64,000 bases of DNA from assembly GCF_004010195.1 (NCBI RefSeq), contig NC_057751.1, forward strand, positions 10,834,617 through 10,898,616, given 5' to 3'. This stretch comes from Chiloscyllium plagiosum. Its lineage: Eukaryota. The first letter of the stretch is position 1. The number at the start of each line of letters is the position of its first letter. Made by a program: the position numbers and the translations under genes. Positions 22,242 through 35,988 of this stretch are shown in pieces. The notes under the pieces were generated by a model. That model was not told the DNA's origin and ran no database searches. It saw nothing but the letters and a program-made list of their open reading frames with translations.

Positions 22242-25200
22242 GTAGGTTTCCAGCTTAACTTTCCTTTTCTTCACAGTCAGTTAATCCTTATTTATCTTTA
22301 TTTTTATCTTTTTACTTTGCATTTCTGGCTTCTGTTAGTGCCTGCTATCACAGTTGAACAATACAAAAGAGATCTTTTTAAGTACAAAAGGAAAGAATTG
22401 TATATCATGTTCGGAACTACGAAGTGCCCTGTAAAATGGTAGTACAGCGACAAAATGGGTGGCCGCAGTGAATCAGCATTTACATATGTCTTTGGGTGAG
22501 GCACTTTGCTGCATTTAACCCAAGAGCAATTGTACGAGGAAGTGCCAATCCACTGGTTTTCACTGTCACAGCCTTTGGTATTTATTTGGCAGAGAGGACA
22601 CAATAGATTTTTTTTAAAGTATTGCTCCCCACCTCAGTTTCTCCAACATGCTCCTCCCTCCATGCCTGCTGCAGCCACCACAACAATGCCATGCACTCAG
22701 CACTGACATGATGCACACAGATTCATATCCAACATATTTCAGCAGGGACCCAACTGTATGCTGTTATGCCTTGCACAACACAAACTACTTGCCCACATGT
22801 TTCCAAGATATGTGGTGGGAGTTCAAAACACTTAAGTGTAATTTGAGATTCATGGTAAAGAGTTTATTTCCACAGTTTGGGATGGGTGGGGATGGGTGGT
22901 GGGGTGGGAGGGAGGGTTAGCACTGTGGATTTCTGATTTCTTCAAAGAATGCTGTGAACTATCATAAAGGCAGAAGTAGCCTGGTCTTCAGGCGGAGTCC
23001 ACAGGCAGTGAGTAATTCTCCATTTTGTTTCATCATTTCATGTACATCATCTTCTATAGTCTTCATTCAGCCATGCGGGCTGCTTGGGGTTTAGGTGCAC
23101 TGTTAGTGGCAGTCACTAGGCATTTACTACAGAAGAGGGGGTTAACAAGGTGGGGGTAAACCTTCCTGATATTTTCCCTTCCCTGATATCTTAACGTACC
23201 CACTTGAAATGTGAAGAATATTCAGGAGTTATTTGAGTGTTGACAACAGAAAAAAATGCAAGTTTCAACACCGAGTCCTTGCTGTGAAGCTAAGTGCTCA
23301 CTTTGTGCCAACTCAAGCATCTGCCCAGACTAGCACATGGCCCTAGTAATCATGTTGTTCAGCTGGCAAAGCTTAGTTGACTCATCTATCTCTCTCATTG
23401 CCAACTGGGCAATTCCAGTGATATTAAAAATTCCATCTCCTGTCGAGAATGAGAAGTTTTCAGTCCTGCTTGAAAGAAAAATTGCTGTCAGAAAAGTGTT
23501 TCAGCTTTAGTTGTATGATATTGAAATGGCTGTTACTTGAAAGAGACCTCTTCCTGTCACATTCAAGCACCATCAGTAATTTTTGATTTTAGTTTATTCT
23601 GCTAGTTTGGAGGCATCCTTTGGCACCACCCACTCATGACTGGTACTGTCTGAAGCTTGTCTTGAGATAAATCAGAGATGATGGTTGAGTGTAAAAACAC
23701 ACTCCCTTCCTATCTGTTAAATGCTAGATATCAATTGATTTAACTGTTGTTGCCAATGCACCCCCTATATTTGCTTGGTATAAATATAAGGCACGGATAA
23801 TCAAGTTGAATGGCCGACTCACAAATGTGCTTGGTTTACAATGAGTATTTGTTTCGAACAGAGGTGGGGCATGGGGGAGAATTGTTCCCTCAAGGATTAA
23901 CAAGTTTCTCATTTTATAAGAAATGTTGAGCAATGTGCGATTTTTGTTTATCTTGGACAATGGCTTTCTTTGTTCAAGATGAACTGAACAGGAAATTAGC
24001 AAGTTTGAAAGAGATTCTTCACTATTTCATTCAGGTTGCTACCAAGACACTCCTCCACAGAATGATGGAACACAACTTTAGCATTGACTTTTAACAGATT
24101 TGAGTTGTGCTGCTGCAGAGATACATCCCACAGAGACCAGTTGCCTCTAACTCTAAAGAGGGAAAGATATTGAACCAAGTTCACTGTCAACCACCTTCTA
24201 TTCAAAGTGTGAGAGCGATTAGCAATTGGCAGGGCTTGAGTTAGCCTGTGATAATGTGGCATGGCAGGATCTGTTTAGAAAGGAAAGGTAGCAAGATTTT
24301 CTGAGGTGAAGTGACACAACATTGAGGCATAACTGCAGTGTTGACAGCTGGCTTCAGTTATGTATAAAAATGCTTGCCTGCCCTTTCTTCATTAATTGAG
24401 TTCAGAGAAACTCAATAATTAAGATTTATCTGGATTTTGTCAGCAGCTGAAAGGGTTAATTTCTAGTCTTGTCATTAGGGTGAAAGCAAACCCACCATTC
24501 AGAGGAGGGACTAGTAACTTTCACTCATTCCAAAATCTTAGTGTGCCATTTCGACATCAAAAGTAATTGAACCTCGTGTAAACGCAGCTAGTGCAGGTTC
24601 TTATTGCTTGTCAAAAAAGATTGACTTCTTTCTGTCGTTGTTTACTCTCTTGAGAACACTTTGTAGCAGCATATTATCATCATTTCTCTGATACCGAATA
24701 AAGTGACAAAAATTACCAACTTCATGAGTGGGTTTTATCATTGTGTGTGTGACCTTTGTTTTGAAATTAGAACGTAATTTAGAAGTGAGCATTTTACGAT
24801 ACAAAGGAAGTCAGAAAAAGTTGGTCCAGGGCAGTCAGACAATATTTGAGTGGGGAATAAAAGGTTGTCTTTCCAGATTTTCATTTCAGTCATTTCCATT
24901 TCATTTCTATGCAGCGTAGTATAATGGCACATTTTCCAAGTCGTTATATTCCTGCTTGTACAAAATACATAGTTTCTTCTTTCTACAAAACAAAACTTTT
25001 TTTTCTCGCAACTTTTCCAGTTGAGTAGGTCTTTTGCAAAGAATAGTCAGGACAGAGAAACCAGTTTGCAGAAATCATGTTGAGTACAGCGATGTGCTGA
25101 ATATATTTTCAAAAAGAAGTTTAGTTTATTGTTGAGGAAGTCAGATTTGGGCTGTTCATATTTGTTCCAAAGGGTTGATCAATGTGTGGTGACCTAAGAT

Positions 25201-26299
25201 TAAACCACCACCAGTCATTTCTCTCTAACGACAGAGCAGCTCTATGGTTCGTTAGGATTGTGATGACTTGACCTTTATCTTCAAATGTCACTTGTGAATA
25301 AATATCTAGTTCTGCATGCTCTGAAGAGAATTACCTGGCAATAGTTTAGAAGAGCAAGGGTCAAGGTTCATTGTCAGCAGATTGTTGAGTCAGGCTGAGC
25401 AATCGCAAGGTAGACACACGTGTGATTTTTACCTGCAAGTTATGCAGCGCTGAGAGCATAAATGCATGACTGGTTGTTATATAATTGGACCAGTCACTTA
25501 ACAAGCTCAGTCATCTTTCTCTCCACTACATGGTTCACTTCCCTTTTTCCACCATCTTCAGCAAAGTTCAGTGGTGACACAAAGTGGAAAGGTGCAAGCT
25601 AAAACTATGGTGACTGACTGAAAGGGTGCTTTCGATTTGTTGGAGATGGCTTCACATTTCATGAGGCAGCCAGTAGGCATTAAACAGGAATGCAAGATGA
25701 GTCCAAAGCCCTTAGCCATGTCAGGAAGAAAGGGGTGTGTTCTTATGTGATTCTTCCCATTTTGTTGAGGCGAAAAGTTATCGTCTGGTTCCAAACTCTG
25801 TGGAGCAAAATTAATTCAGTCAATAAAGTTAATGAAAACTATGGCCTGAAAATGAAATTCTGTGCAGGAAGAATTTTGCTCCTTTGTATTTTAGTTGGCT
25901 GTTGCTCGAACATGAATAATACTATCTACAGTCTTAATTGCTCTTGTTGGGACTGAGTTGTGTATTTCTGGAACATTTTGAAGTATACAAGATTTAGTCA
26001 TGAATGCTGCTAAACTACAGAAAGATTGAATTGGCCTGTTCAGCTCACTAGCTGCAATGCAAGCATAATTGTGCAGACCTTTTCTATAAAGCTCAAACCC
26101 AAAGCAAGCAAGAGAAGAATAATTAATAAGTAACCTCTTCCTCAAACATTGGCTTCATTTAGGTTAAACTTCAGTCATTTATGCTTCTATATATTAGAAA
26201 TATTCAAAGATGTAAATATACAAAATGGCAAAATTTGGAAACAGAACCAATTTATCGTAACATGGTCATACAATGTTGATGTCGCTGGACAAGTAATCT

Positions 26300-27190
26300 T
26301 GAAAACTGGTGTAATAATTCAGAGGATGTGAATTTAAATCCCAACCAGCAGCTGGGAAATTTAAATTCAGTTAGTAAATAAATCTGGAATTAAAAATATG
26401 GTAATGCCAATAGTGATGGTGAAAGTACTGACTTTGTGGTTGACTTGTGTCATTCAGGGAAGGAACCCTGTTTTCTTCCCCAGTCTGCTGTTGAAATGAC
26501 TTTATCCTTGCAGCCACATTGTTGACTTTCACCCATGTTGTGAAATAGCTGAGCGTGTCATTCAGTTCTCTGAAAGAAGGTGGCTCACTGCAGGTTAAAG
26601 AATATATGACAATGTATCAGGAGTGGCAGAACTGTATCAAGTCAAGGAACAGATTTGGCCGCACTGGCTCCAGTGGAAGATGCAGATGAGTTAAGGGAGG
26701 CTCACAGACTTACATATAGATACTTGCTAATTAACCTATCCAGAGATCGTATATCTCACACCTCTGGAGCAGGTGGAACTTAGTTCTCCTGGCTTAGAGA
26801 TAAGGACATGACCACTGCCACAAGAGACCCGTACAGACATGTGTATAATCCTTGTGGATTTGCTTGCATATTAATTAAATTCTGCATCATCAATCCATTT
26901 ACCTGGTCCAACAATAGCAGCTGGGCAATTTAAATTGACCTCGTTGAGTCAATCTGGAATAAAAAGCTTGTATCCTCAATGGTGGCTATGTATAGACACA
27001 ATTGTTGTCAATGCCTGCCTGATTTCAGTGTCCTTTCTGGAAGGAAACTTGGATACAAATCTGGTTTGGCCCAGTAAGCCACTCTGTTGTATTCAATGTG
27101 GCAGCTGACCACTATTTCTTGAAGGATATTTGGGATGGGCAATAAATGCTGGCTTTCCCTGCAATGACAACATTCCACAAGTGGATAAAA
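26300..27190 (+). mobile_element. Cluster of decayed tRNA-headed SINE copies sharing a 3' tail with the LINE at 2085-5330; related copies near 49620-49870 and 54063-54215
   Basis: Repeated motifs (cagctgggaaatttaaattc...aatctggaat, cagggaagga) and tail gggatgggcaataaatgctggc. Confidence 0.5.
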
Positions 27191-27791
27191 CAAAAATTCC
27201 ATTTTGACTTCACATTGTAGTCATGAGGTTGGACTCCATTCTTTTGGGTATTCAGATAAGAAATACAGGCATACTCTTACTGTGCTTCAGAGACACAAAT
27301 TCCCACAGGGTCAAACAAAGTTGCTAAACTTGTAGTTTGAATCGTCTCCCTGAATAGTCAAGACATGCATTATAATAAGTACATTAAATGAGCCGCCATT
27401 GTGGCATTCTGAGTAGATTCAAGAAATTTGTGCGAATGTTACATCAAAAATGATTGGCAGTCTGTGTCATGTTCTTTCTTACAAAAGTACATGTCTTAAT
27501 GCCCACTAGGATTGAATCTAGCTCCAAGTGTTCCCTGATTCCCATCTCACTTCCGTGACACTTTGCTGCAATTACTGCTTTGTTACAATCACAAAGGTTT
27601 GCATGGGATGTCTAGTTTGACTGCCTATTTGACAGTCTCCCAAATTATCAAGTAAAGAAATGAAGTGCCTCCTGTAACAGGTATTCTTTAGGCAGGTTGC
27701 AGTGCTGCTGTGTTCCATGGTCTGGGACTCAACCACCATGACACTTGCAATTTACCATCTCATCTTCCATTCTGGAACAGCTGGTATGCCA

Positions 27792-28005
27792 GTGTTTAGG
27801 TCAATGTGGTGCTGGAAAAGCACAGCAGGTCAGGCAGCATCCGAGGAGCAGGAAAATCAACATTTCGGGCAAAAGCCGAAATGAAGGGATTTTGCCCGAA
27901 ACATCGATTTTCCTGCTCCTCGGATGCTGCCTGACCTGCTGTGCTTTTCCAGCACCACTCTGATCTAAACTCTGGTTTCCAGCATCTGCAGTCCTCACGT
28001 TTGCC
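27792..28005. mobile_element. Fold-back PLE terminal element (69-bp inverted arms)
   Basis: 27806-27874 is the reverse complement of 27890-27958 with about 3 mismatches. Imperfect 14-bp flanking direct repeat (cagctggtatgcca / cagctggcatacca). Confidence 0.85.
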
Positions 28006-31000
28006 CAGCTGGCATACCATCCATGCTTTGTTTTCACGGCAGGTTGAAGTCAAGAATCTGTACTGTAGGTATGATGTTCAAGGCTTATATGTTTGTTGTG
28101 TTTCATATCATTGATGCAATTCTTCCCAGCTGCAAAGTGGATTGAAAACAGTTTGATAAATATTAGCTCCTTTTCCTCAGAATGGCCAGCATAATTAGCA
28201 CTGCTTTCATTGAGGATTCTTCAAGTCTTTGTTCATTGGCAGACCAGTGTAGCTCTTGTTCTTTCTGTTTCCCAGAGCGTAGTGATATTGCAGAGAATGG
28301 GAGATAGATGATTGTGGGACATCATTGGGAGCAAGTCAGTTGGATGGACTGGACAACCCTGATCGCGAACTCACAATGCAGCCACAGTACTACAAAGCAA
28401 GATAGTATTCAGCAACGGATTAGACTAGGATCTGTGTTGTTGTCTGTCATCAGGCTTTCGTCCTCTGTCACATTCCAGCGAGTTTTCAATCACCTTTTGG
28501 CTGGTATTGATAGGTGAAAGTGACAGCACTGCAGCCCATTTAAGTTTCAAATGACGATTCAATTTGATGAGTTAGACCATCATATTAAGACTCCGAATGG
28601 ATATTTGGCAAAAAGTGAATTGTTATCCCAGTGTTTTATACTTCCTTGAGTATTTGGATCTAAAGTGGAGAAAAAGAAAATCGCAAACCATTTACTGGTA
28701 TAACATAGTTTTTGGACTGTTTATAATCAAAGTCATCATACATGTGGGATAGGTTGCTGGAAACAGCACAGATTGCAATTGCAGCCTCCATTACAAGGGA
28801 AATTGCCATTACTTAAAAATAGAAATGCAGAATTTTCCTCCCAAAATCCTAGTCAAGATTGTTTTGGAGAGAGGGTAGGAGTGATTAAAAAATACCGTCA
28901 TTGTGCTGTCCTCTTTTAAAGGAACTGACTTGGGGTATGGTTCCACTAGCAATCAAGCCCATCCAAGTTCCCTTTTTTTTAATCTGTTTATTTTAAAACT
29001 CTCCCCTCTCTTAGCCAACAGTGGGTGTGATCAGGAGTATTAACCCTGTCTGATGAGACCATTTTAAAATCCAGGCCGTGAATAGCCAACTTGCACAAGG
29101 CTAGCAGATAGAATCTGGGAATTTCCAATATGAGTAACTCTATTATTATGCAAGCTGTTCATTGTAAGCTATGCTTCACAAGCTCTAGTACAGATCAAGT
29201 TAAAAGGACATGTTTGCCAGAATCCTCCACTACCTTCTGTCATTCTCACACTGTTGGAAACACAATTTCCCAGGTTAGAATTGGAGAGGGCTCTGCATGA
29301 TGTAATATATTGTCAGATTTATGCACGTCTGTGTCCAACTTCACAGTGTCAAGAGTTGAAACTCTTATTCACAGATTGTTGCTGCAGCAAAGCATCATAC
29401 TTTTCTAACTCGCTGCATGTTTCAGGTTTCCACTGTCAAGTACTAATTATGCCATAATTTTTGACCCAATCAATTTCTCATGTTTGTTTGGCAAATACAT
29501 CACACAGCGTCTACAGTGTACTTATTGGGCCTGCCACTTCTATCCAATGCCTTCTATTCAGTGTTAAACTGTATCGTGGTCATTATCATTGGATATCAGT
29601 AAACAAACTTGAACTGGCATTGCTTTTGGTTATTTTCCTAAGCTTTCTCTAACATGTGCCAGATTCAGTGTTGAATGATAAACAATACTGTTACACTGTG
29701 TCACTTCATTGTGAACAGAGTGCAGTAACAGCACTGTGAAGGGGATTGTGTTCTCTCTGTTGTCTGGAAACAGTCTTTTAATTGATGTTTGCCTCTTCTT
29801 TCTCACATAAACAGGAATGGTTTAAATCGTTTGTACATGTTATTGAGTATTTTCCAAAATATCTGCTTCTAGGGATTAATCCACTTGGTATTTTGTATTT
29901 CTTTCACCTTTTATCCCTTTGTCACTTGAATATGATTTGGTTTTATTTCTCCATTTGATTTTATTTTTATCTGTGCATCTTTATTTAAATATTTTCTCCT
30001 TTACCATCAATTGATAAACGTCTTCACAATTGAAAACTGAATTAATTTATTGCTTGCTTCTGTGTCAGCAATTGTAACCTGACAGTGAATTTGGCCAGCA
30101 AATCTGAAGCTGTGCTGCAGGATTGACACACACATGGCTTTGCACCCTTGATTGTCAGTTCTGCAGTGCAAAGCTTGGGGCAGAGGCAACAGAGGGGAAG
30201 TCACTTCATGGTACTCTCCTTGCTGTGCTGCACTGCTTCTCCTCTTGGCCCAGGGACTGAGTTAAAGGTGGTACATTACTTTGTTTCAAAAAAAAATTGG
30301 AGAAGAGTGCAAGTGTAAGAGCCAAAAGGGGAAGGTGTCCAAACAAGTGTGGATTAATCCCTAGATTTAAAGGTATGCAAATGAAGTAATGACACTAATG
30401 CTTCGGTGACTGGTTTCAGAGAAGTGTAACGTTAACACAAAATACAGCAACAATCCCATATGGAAGCACAGAAAGAGTCATAAAGGTACACACTGCAACA
30501 TTGAGGTCTATCCTTACATTCTGCATGAATTATCCTTTACATAAAACCCCTTATTTGAACAAGTCCTTTGGTCATTCATTTTGTCACACTGATTATTTGT
30601 TTTTTCTCCTGGCGGTACGTATGGGGAATAAAGAAAGCTGTTCAGGGCATGGTATTGTTCACCTGTGTGGTAGTGTTTTTTTACATTCTACCTACAGTCT
30701 TGGTTTCTCTCTTGCTTCCTTTTGACAGCACTCTTCCCTTTATTGTCCCCTTCCTTTTATATTATAATTTGCTGTTAGTCTATTCAGCTAAGCTTTGCTA
30801 TCCCATCAGTTGGTCTGCTGGAGGGATGATGGGAAAACCTAGTGAACATTGATTCTAAACCTGTCTAATTGTGTACTGAGAGATTGAAGGCAGCCAGCAA
30901 GAATTAACAGCACTACAGGGAAGGAGCCTTTGTGAATAATCAGTTTGCTCTAATCATGCCGCGTTAGAAAACCTGGCAGATATTGCTGGTGAAACATAGC

Positions 31001-31319
31001 TTTGTTTTCACTGAGGTTTGTGAGAAGGTGATGGTGACAGCAAACAATAAAAGCAGTTATATTTAGAAAGTGGGTGCTTTCTTTCCCCCAAGTTTCTTGT
31101 ACAAATGTGCGAGATAAATTACAGAGAGGATTTTAGAACAGTCAAGGGTGCAACAGTTGCTACTAACAGTGTTCTTGAGAAAGCAACATGTTTACTCATG
31201 TGTATAAAGTTATTCATTACTTAAACATTGAATCATTTTGTGTACAGTTGTATTCCTTCTCAATCCTCTTCCACCTTCCCAGGCTCCTGCATTTCCACCT
31301 TCAGAAAGTGAGGGAGGAG

Positions 31320-31740
31320 GGTCTTCGGTGTGGAGAGACTGGAGCAGCTGAAACTGTTCTCGTTTGACAGAGAAGATTCAGGGAAGGTTTAAGAGATCCA
31401 CATAAAATTGAGAGGTTTTTAAAGAATAAATTCGGAGGAATTATTTGCACTGACAGATGCGGTCAATGAACAGAGGGCATAGATTTAGGATAACTAACAA
31501 AAGAAACCATAGAAATTCGGATTATTTTCCTTCAATGCAGCACATTTTGACAGTCTGAAATTTACTGCCTTAAAGGGTTATGCAAACAGATTTCATAGTA
31601 ACTTTCAAAAGAAAAATAGATATATAGTTGAAATTGAATTAATAATAATTTTGGAGATAGAGCAAGGGGTTAATCTTTGCAAGAACCAGCAAAGATATAT
31701 TGAGTTGAATAGCCAAATAAGATTCCATGATTTTCAGTTT
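31320..31740 (+). mobile_element. Highly decayed CR1 3' fragment; a similar fragment lies at about 34060-34470
   Basis: gagagactggagcagctgaaactgttctc, agagggcatagatttagg and actttcaaaag motifs of CR1 3' ends. Confidence 0.5.
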
Positions 31741-34700
31741 TGTTGGCTGTGGCTGTGTGAAATACTATGATATCATCATTGTGCTTTACCTCGAGGACTG
31801 GTCACATTCAAGCCAACACTTGTCATGATTTCCATGATTGATCTTCATGCCACTACTCATAGCTGGAATTCAGTGCTCATACTGGCATATTGAATTCCAC
31901 CAAAGCACTGTGTACTTCACTACTCGGAGTATCAGTGTCAATCATGAATGGTCACATTCTTGCTTTTTACACACTGTTGGGATCCAAAACCTGAAATTAC
32001 AGGAAATCCTGATGGTCATGTTTTTGTTCTGCTTTTGTCTTGCATAGTGTGGAAAAGGCAAATAATGATAAAAAGAATTGTATAGCCGCTTATGACCCTG
32101 TCAGATCTCCAAAAGTGCTGTCCATTGAGTTTTAAACTTTGTCCATTTCCTATTATTGTTTTTTTCAAACATTTCTTGGCAAGTTTACTGAAAGAGACAA
32201 ATGCTCTTGACAGTACGTGCTCATTGAGCCGACAAACCCAAGTGCACACTGAACTTGTTGAGTCGACTCCTCAGTTGAAAATTCACAATTCGTTCATTGC
32301 ATTCAAATCAACTGCTGATGGTTCTGAGGCACCTTGTGCACAAACCAAACACTGGATTTTCCAATAATTCAAATTCCAAGGAAATAAGAAAGCAAGGTAG
32401 GAATTTGTTAAAGTTCTTAATCTGTCAATTGTTTAAGAAGAGCTGGGTTCTGAAGACTTTGAACTTCAGATGAAATGCAGAGAAATTTAGGTGGATATCT
32501 TGGCATAGGTATCGATGGATGACGGCGCCATCACTAACTGTGGGACAAAATGCAGATGTTTAGAAGTCTGAAGTCACATGAATACTTGCCCTGCTGGAAG
32601 AAATCATGTCAACAGGGAGGGACAAAGCTATGTTGAAATTTGAACAGAAGCATGAAAATTTTAACTTGGAAGCATTGGAGGAGTGAGACCCTACCTAATT
32701 CAGTTAAGGCAGCAATATCATATGAGTAGAACTTGGTGCAGGATGGAATACAAGAAGCAGAGCTTTAGATTAGGTGAAATGGATAAAACACAGATAGTTT
32801 AAGTGAAGTTGGTGGTGGAGGTGACAGAAGTATGGGTGTGGAGATCAAGAGCACACAGGCTGAGGTAGATCATGATGCAGCATTGGAAGGAAGCAGTCCC
32901 TATAATGCAGAGATGAGGTAACATCAGAAAATCACTTCAGAGTTGTAAAAGTGAACAAGATTGCAAGCAATCTGAGACAGTGGCTGGCGAAGTGAATGGA
33001 ACTGTAAGTGAGGGGATGGGATCTCTGGCAGCTGCTAAAAAGCATTATGTTTGAAAAACTTGTGTCTCATGTACTACTGAAGTTTGGAGAAGCAGAGTAG
33101 AATGGGATATTGTCAGAAAAAACAGTTGAAACTTCAGAAGATGTGACAAAGGGGAATGAGGATCAATAATAGATCAATTTGGTGCTTTAAATATCTCAAG
33201 AGCAGAATAGTAAAATTAAGCACACACGGACATATGAGGAGCAGACTCCGTTGACATCCAGATAGAGCCGAAATGTCACGATCTGTGCAAATTATTTGAA
33301 AATGATGTAAATTTCTTGGAGGCACAATACAAAGTGGCTGCATTGTGAAGTTATTCAACAGCACTTTTAGGATTATTTCAGAGCAGTTTAGTTAATATTG
33401 ATCGCGATACAGAGATGAGTGAAGTGCAGGCAAATGGATTTGTTAATCCAATGGAATGATAAGTCTCCAACTTTGAAAATATTGAGTTGAGATGACTTGT
33501 CACACAGAAAGACTCCCTTCTTGTTAGCTAACCCAGGTTTTGAACTAATGTTGAGTGGTAATGAACAACACAGTCATTGCTCCCATTTCATTTTCTCTGC
33601 TGTTGAGATTCTTTGCTTATCCAGGCAGAGGCTAAACACTGAAGCTCGAGATTGGCAGAGTAATATTCACAAGCCAAGCCACTCTGGGTTCCTCACATGC
33701 ATTTGCTAATGTCATGAAGAGCTTTCTTCAGGGAAGGAAATTCACTGACAGTCAGTTGGGCTATGTCACAGTGAGGGAAGATAGAGAATAAAGAGGAGGA
33801 GTGCATGGAGTATTTCTTTCCCAAATGTGCTTAAACAAATTATAGTCCACATGAACAAGAATTTTTCTATGTATATTTGCCATGATTGCAACAGGGCAGA
33901 AAGGGAAAAGAAGCTGCAGCAATGATGTTCACGTTAGCTTAAGATTTTATAAGTTCATATCATAAGTTACTCAAAGTTCGGAATTTTACTTGATAAAGTT
34001 TATGCACAAGATCAGAATCACAACTGGAATGTATAGTAACAGTGATTTTTCTTTCCAAGTTAATGGACCAAAAAGAGGGATGAGGAACTTGAGTTTTGTG
34101 GATAGATTGGAGAGGTTAGAACTGTTCACGATAGAGGAAGAGATGTACAGAGGTATTCAACATCCAGAGGTCTGGGGAGAAAGTACTGTCATTGTTAGAA
34201 AGATTTGGAATAAGATTTCCAGTAATGGACAAAAGAAATGCAAAATGAGAGAGAACCTTTGATGGTTAGAACTATGGTGAAGTTCTGCAGTGAGTGTTTG
34301 CGGTCCAGTTGAGGCATTCAGAAGGGAGTTATATTATGAACGAGAGAGAAAGCATGTGCAGCGTTATGGATAAAATTGTGTGGGGGTGCTGGCACAAAGT
34401 GAATTGGTCCTTCAAAGGACCAAGCGGAGGCATGACATACCAAATGTCGTCGTCCTGTCATAATTCTCTGTAAAACAGTCATACTCAGAGAGACTGTGCC
34501 TCATGGAATTGTCACATCTCCACACTTAAATTTAAACAGTAGTGAATTGAATTTGTGTGAAATAATGACAAACATTTTTGGATTTGGAAAAATAATGAGA
34601 TTGTTCATTAAATTATGCATTACAAGAACCATGAACTTGTGTGTTTGGGAGAGATTTTAAAATCCAATTTTATATCAGATAAATATTAATTTACATTATC

Positions 34701-35988
34701 CATTTCAAAAAACAGGCAGAACTCTTCAAAACTATTAAAACCTTTATACGGAGTATTGCTGACTGATTGATTCGCTTTGCTCACAGGCAGCACCCTCCTT
34801 AAAAGGCAGGCTTTTGACCACAGTTTCCCATCATCCCTTCAAGAAATGTCACATTTAAAGATATATTTAGCGCGATTTGTTGTAACAAGCACAATTAAGA
34901 GTATTGATTGTTCACAGGAAATTCAACAATCTTTCTATATGCCCTTGGGGATAGTATTTCAGAGCTGTTAGCAGTCATTACCAATCAGGACCAACATTTT
35001 ATGGCAGAGTTATTCATTCAGGCATCCTGAAGTGCAAGGATAACAAAGTCAGTCTTTAGTCTAGAAGCCTCTGAAATCACTGCAGATCCTTTGAGCTACA
35101 TGCCAAGAAATGTCTTTGAAATCCTTACTGTCCCGCTGAATTTTGTCCAAATTCCAGGTCTTGCTTGGGCAAGTGCTTTCAACTAAAACAGCTTTTGTAG
35201 GTGCAACATAGATTTTAGTAATGTCCAAGCATGAGTTAGACATCTGTCAGAATAATTAGATTGCCCTTTTATGTGTTGATTTGCGAATTTAGGAAAGTGA
35301 CAGTTGTTTCCAGGAACTGCAAGAAATAGCAGAATACGGTCAAGAGATATCCTTCCTAAGAGATGCATTTTTTGGATGAAGTGCAAAAGGAAATTAATAC
35401 TTCTCTGAACTACTTAAACAAGATACAAGCATTGACATTACATTGACTAACTTAACCAAAGGTATATCTCCTTGCGACAAGCAGTTGTTGAGGGTAATTG
35501 ATCCAATTTCCCACTTGAAAGTTCTGATTGTAATATGTAGGCTTTTTAGCAGATAGGTCTACTGCACACCCATCCAATTCAAGGCTCTTGTAGTCTGTCC
35601 TGGTCACAATTGGGTACACACTGCAACTGCTATCCTTGGAGAAGCTTTAACAGTAAAACACCTAAAGATGCTTGTCACCCAGGCAGGATTTGACACTGAG
35701 CCATTTGAAGAGCTAAGGGAGCAGATGACTAAAAGCTGAGTATAAGGGAGGACACTCCTGAACTTCTGGGCTTGGTGGCTGACAAAATCATCCCAGCCAT
35801 GGAACACTTAAAATCATGATTGCTTGAGTAGCTGAAGTAGAGGGCTGCAGAATTCTTCTGCCAGGAAATGTAAGACTGAGGAGTTAGTTACAGAAATCAG
35901 GAGAGGCAAGGCTCTGGAATGTGGAATGAGAATTTTAAACTTCAGCATTGCAGGTCATCGAGCACAGAGGTGATGGCTGGATAGGAAT

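Noticed and set aside
22638..22706. cctcAG followed by FLQHAPPSMPAAATTTMPCTQH-stop, loosely resembling the first linker exon
   Set aside because: Low-complexity similarity only, no donor, ends in a stop.
29814..29887. Possible exon after the ataaacAG acceptor
   Set aside because: The nearest plausible donor is weak and not frame-preserving; no homology recognised.
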